Positions 58,625 through 64,000 of a stretch of 64,000 nt of DNA are shown here, in pieces. Origin of the DNA: Rhodothermales bacterium. GTDB taxonomy: Bacteria; Bacteroidota; Rhodothermia; Rhodothermales; JABDKH01. Position 1 is the stretch's first letter. Each line of letters starts with the position of its first letter. The stretch is taken from the NCBI GenBank assembly GCA_965224105.1, contig CBDCYH010000002.1:1785112-1849111 (forward strand), in the 5' to 3' direction. The notes under the pieces are model-generated. The model had not been told where the DNA came from. It was given only the letters and a program-made list of their open reading frames with translations, and ran no database searches. A program made the translations under genes and the position numbers.

Positions 58625-59551
58625 GTGGTGGGCCCCCGATACACACTCGCACTGGCCATGAGTCTATTGATTGCGGGAGGCCCTCTCCTTGCGCAGGACA
58701 GCGGTCTGCCGTTTTTGCAAATTGGGGTGGATGCACAAGGCATGGCGATGGGGGAGGCTCAGGTTGCATCGGCCCAAGGCGCTTTTTCAACTTTTTGGAA
58801 TCCAGCCGGACTTGCTGTTCAGTCTGGAAATCAAGCCGGTCTCGCGCACCATCGCTGGGTTGCGGGAACGCGGACCTATGCGGCGAACACGCGTTTCTCT
58901 GCAGGCGAGTCAAGTGGAGTAAGCCTTTTCCTTTTGGCGAATGGGAACGGCGAGCTGGAGCGGCGAGATGGGCAGGGCCCACCATCTGGTGTCTTCAGTG
59001 CACAATATCTGTCCGTCGGTGCTGGGTACGGCAAGTCGTTTGGTAACCTTCGCGTGGGTGTTGCCGTGAAATATTTGTCTGAACGGATCGCCGAAGCTTC
59101 TGCGAACGGATATGCGTTTGATGCCGGCGTCCAAACATCATTGCATGAGGGATCGGTGGGGCTCGGAGCTGCGATTGCCAACGTCGGGAGTATCACCGAA
59201 CTGAACGCGACATCAACCACGGTGCCGACAACCGTTCGGGTCGGCGGATACGTTTATCCGTTCCGGGTTGCAAGCTGGCTCGACAACGCTTCGCTGCTGA
59301 CTGCGAAACTAGAGGCCGAGATGTCGTACCTGACACCCAGTGACAGGATTCGTTTTCACTTTGGAGCTGAGGCAGAGCTGTTCGAAATGTTACTAACCCG
59401 GATTGGCTTTGTTACGAACGACAGTTTGCGGGGGCCAACGTTTGGACTCGGCCTAAAGGCAGTTCCATTCAGGGTTGACTATGCGATCGTGCCCTTCGAG
59501 GGTGGGTTTGGCGGACCGGGCCACGTTATATCGATCGACTATACGTGGTAG
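58625..59551 (+). CDS. PorV/PorQ family outer-membrane beta-barrel protein
   Basis: GTG directly after the upstream TAA. LPFLQIGVDAQGMAMGEAQVASAQGAFSTFWNPAGLA is the family-typical N-terminus; ends ...ISIDYTW. Confidence 0.7.
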   Translation: MVGPRYTLALAMSLLIAGGPLLAQDSGLPFLQIGVDAQGMAMGEAQVASAQGAFSTFWNPAGLAVQSGNQAGLAHHRWVAGTRTYAANTRFSAGESSGVSLFLLANGNGELERRDGQGPPSGVFSAQYLSVGAGYGKSFGNLRVGVAVKYLSERIAEASANGYAFDAGVQTSLHEGSVGLGAAIANVGSITELNATSTTVPTTVRVGGYVYPFRVASWLDNASLLTAKLEAEMSYLTPSDRIRFHFGAEAELFEMLLTRIGFVTNDSLRGPTFGLGLKAVPFRVDYAIVPFEGGFGGPGHVISIDYTW

Positions 59552-60337
59552 CTAGAAAGCTGCGGTAAGCGAAGTCCATAGGTCGTCGAGACCTATCCCC
59601 GAAACACCGCTCCGCGTTCTTATCGTGCAGAAGAAGTCGATGGCCATCATCTGAAAGGCGTGTATTGGGACTGCTATCCAAAACGAGCGGCACCTCCACA
59701 CGAGTGCGCCGAGAGCGACACCGCCGACGATGGAAAGGAATGCCTCCTCGAATGGTTTATTTATGTGCAGGGCTGCGAACGGCAGTGCCTGCACGAAAAT
59801 GGCGTACAGCCCGAACGTGCGCGCAGTGCCAAACAGTACATAGCCGCGCCACAGGTACTCCCACCCAATCCAATACAAGACCATAATAGTTTCGTAAAGG
59901 AGGAAAATCTTCCAGGATCGCGTTGCAGTACCCAAGTGCGGATACTTAGATAGAAAATCGGCATCATTCGAGAGGATCCAGCAGCCGACCAGCACAGCGG
60001 GGACGTAAAGGGCGGCCAGGCCGATCGCGAGTTTCCAGTCACCCAGGCCAAGTCCGATATCTGCGGGTTTGTTCTTGAATACCAGAATCAGAATTGCTAC
60101 CGGAATGGCGAATCCCAGTATAAATTGCCCGCCGAACCACCAGCCCCACTGCCAAAGCGCATCGGTGGCGATTGCCGGGTTATCCTCGAACAATGTCCTG
60201 AAAAACTTTCTGCCGCCGAATTCGTGATGCACGATTACAAACAGCGCCGCCGTTACAAGTACAACCACGGTTTGGCGGTCGAGTTTTTTCAGCGTTACCT
60301 TCAGAGCTTCCCATTCCGTCGCGAGCAGGTTAGGCAT
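59552..60337 (-). CDS. CPBP family intramembrane glutamic endopeptidase (CAAX/Abi-like)
   Basis: Polytopic, with motif 1 GWEYLWRGY (EExxxR variant) and later FAALH and H-containing motifs. Confidence 0.75.
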   Translation of the reverse strand: MPNLLATEWEALKVTLKKLDRQTVVVLVTAALFVIVHHEFGGRKFFRTLFEDNPAIATDALWQWGWWFGGQFILGFAIPVAILILVFKNKPADIGLGLGDWKLAIGLAALYVPAVLVGCWILSNDADFLSKYPHLGTATRSWKIFLLYETIMVLYWIGWEYLWRGYVLFGTARTFGLYAIFVQALPFAALHINKPFEEAFLSIVGGVALGALVWRCRSFWIAVPIHAFQMMAIDFFCTIRTRSGVSGIGLDDLWTSLTAAF

Positions 60338-60398
60338 TCTTTGATATTGATGTTTTCTGCCGTTTGTCGATATTGGAAAGGTACAAATTCATCACGTC

Positions 60399-62174
60399 GT
60401 GAAGTTACTTTCGGGCATTCTGTTATCGGTTGTATTGGTGTTTGTGCTCGTTGCTTGCGCGGATGTGCAGGGTGGGGAGCCACGTACGCAAGCGGGATCG
60501 CCTGATCTCGAATCCCTCTTTGCAGGATTCGACCCGGATGTTTTCGCGCCGCCCCCTGCCGTTGAGAATCCGGAGGTATGGGCGGATTCGATGTTGTCCA
60601 CGCTAACCTTGCGCGAACGCGTCGGTCAGCTTTTTGTCGTCCGGCATCAGTACACACGATCCGGCAGGCTGAGCAAAAAAACCAAAAGCGATATAGCCCT
60701 GGGAGTTGGCGGGGTACTCGTTTCCAGATTGCTTGCGCCGGACAGAGTGAAGTTGGAAACGAGCCAGATGCAGGAGCTGGCAGAGATTCCGCTATTGGTC
60801 GCGGCTGACTACGAGCGGGGGGTCGGGAGATTCACCAACACGTTCACGGAGCTTCCATCCAACATGGCAATCGGTGCTACGCATAATACCATGTATGCCG
60901 GAGCCGCGGGCCGACTTACCGCTATCGAGGCGAGGTCGGTGGGTGTCAATTGGCTATTTGCACCGGTGGTGGACGTCAACAACAATCCGTTGAATCCAAT
61001 AATCAATATTCGCTCGTACGGAAGCAACCCGGATAACGTTGCCGCAATGGCTTCTGCTTTTGCCGTCGAGGCGGAACGCTATGGAGTCCTCACGACCGCC
61101 AAGCATTTCCCTGGCCATGGCAACATCTCTGTAGATACGCATTCCAGCATGGGCCAGCTCCACTCCTCGAGGGAGGAGATGGAAGAAGTAGAGCTGTTTC
61201 CTTTCAGGAAGCTTTTGGACGCAAACGAGGTAGGTGCAGTGATGACGGCGCACCTGTGGGCGAAGGCGTTTGATCCGCAGGCGGTTCCGGCGACGCTCAG
61301 CGAAGAGCTACTCAGAAAGTATCTGCGCGTCGAATTAGGATTTGACGGAATCATCATCACAGACGACATTCGAATGGGCGGTGTTACCAAAACATACTCG
61401 TTCGAAGATCGGATTCTCGGTGCGTTGAAGGCTGGAGTGGACGTGATACTTATGCCGGATGACCTTGCAGAGGCCATTGACCTTGTTGTACAAAAAGTCG
61501 AAGAGGGAGAAATTGGTCTCAAGCAGATAAACAAATCCGTTAGGCGGATACTTCTTGCTAAATCGCGGTTACATCTCCAAAGTAATAATGAGATGTATGG
61601 TCGGTGGTATGATGAGCTTGCACAGAAACCGTTGGGCCAGACTATCGCCGATGAAATTGCAGCACAGTCGATCACGTTGGTCAAGACCGCAAGGCGGAAT
61701 AATGGCGACTCCATATTGTTTTCCCAATTGGGGAAAGGTGGAGTGTGTCTCTACCAGTTTTCGAATTACAGGAATTCGGAGTCTGTCGGTGCGGCGATGG
61801 ATCAATTTGCAGAGAGCTTGAGGAGAAGGACTACTGTTCGTGAGACAAGGTTTGCTATGGGTCGCAGGACCGTTTCGAACACCTGTGGGCCCGAGACTTC
61901 GCGAGTCGTAGCGCTGTATTTACGACTTAGGTCTGGTCGCGGCTCGGCGGGTCTGACCGCAAGATCGAGAGATGAGGTCCAGCGGCTCATGAAATCAGAG
62001 GCCGGCGGTACACTTGTGGTCTTTGGAAGCCCGTACGCGATTACCGAGTTCGCGGATGAATTCGATAACATCCTCATCGCGTACGACCAAACAATCGCAT
62101 CTGTTAGTGCGATGTTTGACATTCTCCTGGAATCAACTGAGGCTCCCGGGATTATTCCCGTCTCGCTCAACTGA
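60399..62174 (+). CDS. glycoside hydrolase family 3 lipoprotein (beta-N-acetylhexosaminidase/NagZ-like)
   Basis: GTG start, lipobox LVAC, GH3 motifs (VVDVNNNPLNPIINIRSYG, KHFPGHG, IIITDDIRMGG). Confidence 0.85.
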   Translation: MKLLSGILLSVVLVFVLVACADVQGGEPRTQAGSPDLESLFAGFDPDVFAPPPAVENPEVWADSMLSTLTLRERVGQLFVVRHQYTRSGRLSKKTKSDIALGVGGVLVSRLLAPDRVKLETSQMQELAEIPLLVAADYERGVGRFTNTFTELPSNMAIGATHNTMYAGAAGRLTAIEARSVGVNWLFAPVVDVNNNPLNPIINIRSYGSNPDNVAAMASAFAVEAERYGVLTTAKHFPGHGNISVDTHSSMGQLHSSREEMEEVELFPFRKLLDANEVGAVMTAHLWAKAFDPQAVPATLSEELLRKYLRVELGFDGIIITDDIRMGGVTKTYSFEDRILGALKAGVDVILMPDDLAEAIDLVVQKVEEGEIGLKQINKSVRRILLAKSRLHLQSNNEMYGRWYDELAQKPLGQTIADEIAAQSITLVKTARRNNGDSILFSQLGKGGVCLYQFSNYRNSESVGAAMDQFAESLRRRTTVRETRFAMGRRTVSNTCGPETSRVVALYLRLRSGRGSAGLTARSRDEVQRLMKSEAGGTLVVFGSPYAITEFADEFDNILIAYDQTIASVSAMFDILLESTEAPGIIPVSLN

Positions 62175-62275
62175 GACTGTCATCCCCTCTCTTGTTCCAA
62201 GATGTTAAATAGGCTAGTTTTAGCCACGGGCACGGCACGCCCGCAGTCCACCAACAACTTACCCATCCAGAATAC

Positions 62276-62692
62276 ATGATAAAGGAATTCAAAGAGTTTG
62301 CGATGAAGGGCAACATGGTCGACATGGCCGTGGGCATAATCATCGGAGCAGCATTTGGTACAGTCGTCAAATCCGTTGTTGATGACATACTAATGCCTGT
62401 AGTCGCATCTGTTTTTGGGACTCCAGATTTTAGCAACCTTTTCGCTGTGCTCAAAAATCCTACGGGCGAGACGTTTACCTCGGTCGAGGCTGCCCGGGAG
62501 GCGGGAGCGGTCGTCATGGCCTGGGGTATGTTCATAAACGCCCTCATCGCGTTCCTGATCGTCGCGTTCGTGCTCTTCCTTGTTGTGAAGGCAATGAACA
62601 GAGCGAAACGGGTCGAAGAGGAAACACCTGCAGAACCTCCAGCATCTGAAGTGTTGTTAACAGAAATTCGAGACCTCCTCAAACAGCGCTAG
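62276..62692 (+). CDS. mscL: large-conductance mechanosensitive channel
   Basis: MIKEFKEFAMKGNMVDMAVGIIIGAAFGTVVKSVVDDILMP... is the canonical MscL. Confidence 0.95.
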   Translation: MIKEFKEFAMKGNMVDMAVGIIIGAAFGTVVKSVVDDILMPVVASVFGTPDFSNLFAVLKNPTGETFTSVEAAREAGAVVMAWGMFINALIAFLIVAFVLFLVVKAMNRAKRVEEETPAEPPASEVLLTEIRDLLKQR

Positions 62693-62716
62693 TATAATTC
62701 AACACACATCTAGCAG

Positions 62717-62749
62717 GCGACGGGGGTCCAGCACTCCCGTCGCTTTTTC
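62717..62749 (+). terminator. rho-independent terminator after mscL
   Basis: GCGACGGG-(11-nt loop)-CCCGUCGC followed by UUUUU. Confidence 0.7.
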
Positions 62750-62752
62750 TAT

Positions 62753-63538
62753 ATGGATCTGTATCACAGAACATACGGTACCGGCAAACCACTACTAATA
62801 TTGCACGGGCTCCTGGGATCAAACGGGAATTGGCATACACTAAGCAGAAAGATATTTGCCCAACATTTTGCCGTCCATGCCCTGGACCTAAGAAACCATG
62901 GGATGTCACCACACGCGGAATCTATGTCTTACGAGGAAATGGCAACCGACATTGGCAATTTTCTAGATCAACACGGACTGGAAAACGTAAACATCCTCGG
63001 CCACTCTATGGGCGGAAAGGTTGCGCTGGAATGTGCGCAAAGGTTTCCGGAGAGACTCCATAAAATTGTCGTGGTGGATATTACTCCGTTCGGTTATCCC
63101 GACGGACACACAGGAATAATCAACGCTTTGCTGAACATTGACCTTGGAGAAAAAACCAGTCGCCACGAGGTAGATGATGAATTGTCACAATCGATCCCGG
63201 AAATTGGGGTGCGTCAATTTCTGCTCAAGAATCTGAAACGCACAAGTGAGGGATTTGAGTGGAGGCCCAACCTGGAGGGTATTCTGAACGACTACGACGA
63301 AGTGAGAGACAGCGTGAAGCTTGGTCGCTGCTTGCTTCCCATCCTTTTCGTCCGCGGATCCGAATCGAACTACATCGGGGAAAACGACATACCCCGAATA
63401 CGGGAGTATTTTCCGAATGCGCAGTTTGCCGATATCGAGGGTGCAGGACATTGGGTTCATGCCGATCAGCCTGAAAGCCTTGCGACGCACGTAATCGACT
63501 TTCTCCAACCCAATGACGCAGTGATCGCGGATGGATAA
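62753..63538 (+). CDS. alpha/beta hydrolase (YbfF-like esterase)
   Basis: HGLLGS oxyanion region, nucleophile elbow GHSMGG, C-terminal GHWVH. Confidence 0.8.
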   Translation: MDLYHRTYGTGKPLLILHGLLGSNGNWHTLSRKIFAQHFAVHALDLRNHGMSPHAESMSYEEMATDIGNFLDQHGLENVNILGHSMGGKVALECAQRFPERLHKIVVVDITPFGYPDGHTGIINALLNIDLGEKTSRHEVDDELSQSIPEIGVRQFLLKNLKRTSEGFEWRPNLEGILNDYDEVRDSVKLGRCLLPILFVRGSESNYIGENDIPRIREYFPNAQFADIEGAGHWVHADQPESLATHVIDFLQPNDAVIADG

Positions 63539-64000
63539 ATCTGTTAAAAAACTGTTTGAGCAGCTTGGGCGGAGGATTCTCGTGATGGACGGTGCCATGG
63601 GCACGATGATCCAGTCTCGGAATCTAGTCGAGGATGATTTTCGCGGAGAGCAATTTCAGCAACATCCAGCCAATCTGTTTGGCAACAACGATTTGTTGTG
63701 TATCACTCGGCCAGATGTGATCAAGCAGATCCATACAGAATTCTTGTCTGCGGGCGCGCAGATAATCGAGACGAACACCTTTAATGCAAACGCTTTGTCG
63801 CAGGGCGACTACGAAACGCAGGCAGTCGTTCGAGATATAAATATTGCTGCCGCAGGATGCGCGCGCCACGCGGTGGACAATTTCCCTGGCAAAACGCCCC
63901 GCTTCGTTGCCGGTGCATTAGGTCCGACAAGTAAATCACTTTCTATTTCTCCAGATGTGTCGAATCCGGGATTTCGTTCCGTGACCTTCGACGAGGTGAG
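63531..64000 (+). CDS. metH: methionine synthase, N-terminal homocysteine S-methyltransferase domain (3'-truncated by the window edge)
   Basis: Absent from the ORF track because there is no stop before the window end. ATG at 63531 gives MDKSVKKLFEQLGRRILVMDGAMGTMIQ...DLLCITRPDVIKQIHTEFLSAGAQIIETNTFNAN...GALGPT. Overlaps the upstream stop by 8 nt. Confidence 0.85.
   Translation, partial: MDKSVKKLFEQLGRRILVMDGAMGTMIQSRNLVEDDFRGEQFQQHPANLFGNNDLLCITRPDVIKQIHTEFLSAGAQIIETNTFNANALSQGDYETQAVVRDINIAAAGCARHAVDNFPGKTPRFVAGALGPTSKSLSISPDVSNPGFRSVTFDEV

Noticed and set aside
61079-62682. 211-aa and 171-aa minus-strand ORFs
   Set aside because: Antisense to the GH3 hydrolase and mscL respectively. Both are Ser/Arg-rich shadow ORFs.
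1-64000. Scan for CRISPR arrays, IS/transposase or integrase genes, prophage or defence-island content, and rRNA
   Set aside because: I saw no spaced direct-repeat arrays, no recombinase-, nuclease- or defence-like ORFs and no rRNA-like sequence. Gene content is core housekeeping plus envelope functions. A by-eye scan cannot exclude short dispersed repeats.

Overview
This 64-kb window is a mostly housekeeping chromosomal region. It probably comes from an FCB-group bacterium (Bacteroidota/Rhodothermota/Balneolota-like). The evidence for that is two proteins with T9SS-type C-terminal sorting domains, PorV/PorQ-type barrels, bshA, a DUF2723 protein, an archaeal/eukaryote-type ProRS and few obvious Shine-Dalgarno sites; the taxon call is inference only. 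I can support about 65 protein genes, one tRNA-Val(GAC), several intrinsic terminators and one candidate structured RNA. I saw no rRNA, CRISPR array, transposase, integrase or phage genes, and no recognisable defence system. Content in order: a 5'-truncated ABC exporter half, rnz and a second ABC half, tightly coupled; an arsR-arsM-AhpD-like-arsS arsenosugar-type cluster; a thioredoxin-TPR gene; a PD40 lipoprotein; a Tro/Mnt-type metal importer; then on the minus strand tRNA-Val, thrS-infC-rpmI-rplT-pheS-pheT, a coiled-coil gene, zapA and a structured RNA; a TonB-dependent receptor; proS; a bizarre Tyr/Gly-rich plus Ser/Arg-rich lipoprotein with a FadL-like barrel; AraC and pirin genes; mltG, chorismate mutase, tsaD; rsfS; DUF2723; rsmI; lptF/G; bshA; pdxB, era, pdxJ; rsmD, coaD; an aminotransferase; an M50 protease; a four-gene surface module (Ig-like lipoprotein, BNR propeller with sorting domain, two PorV/PorQ-like barrels); CPBP protease; GH3; mscL; a hydrolase; and the 5' part of metH. 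The observations most worth follow-up are: (1) both permeases of the metal importer end in DtxR-N-terminal-like winged-helix tails, no separate repressor gene is present, and a 22-bp dyad lies in front of the operon; (2) a terminator-capped RNA with a long closing stem sits downstream of zapA and may be 6S-like; (3) the YG/RS low-complexity lipoprotein; (4) the candidate PorZ/PorQ-like attachment module. All functional calls come from reading the translations and sequence by eye. No database search was run.
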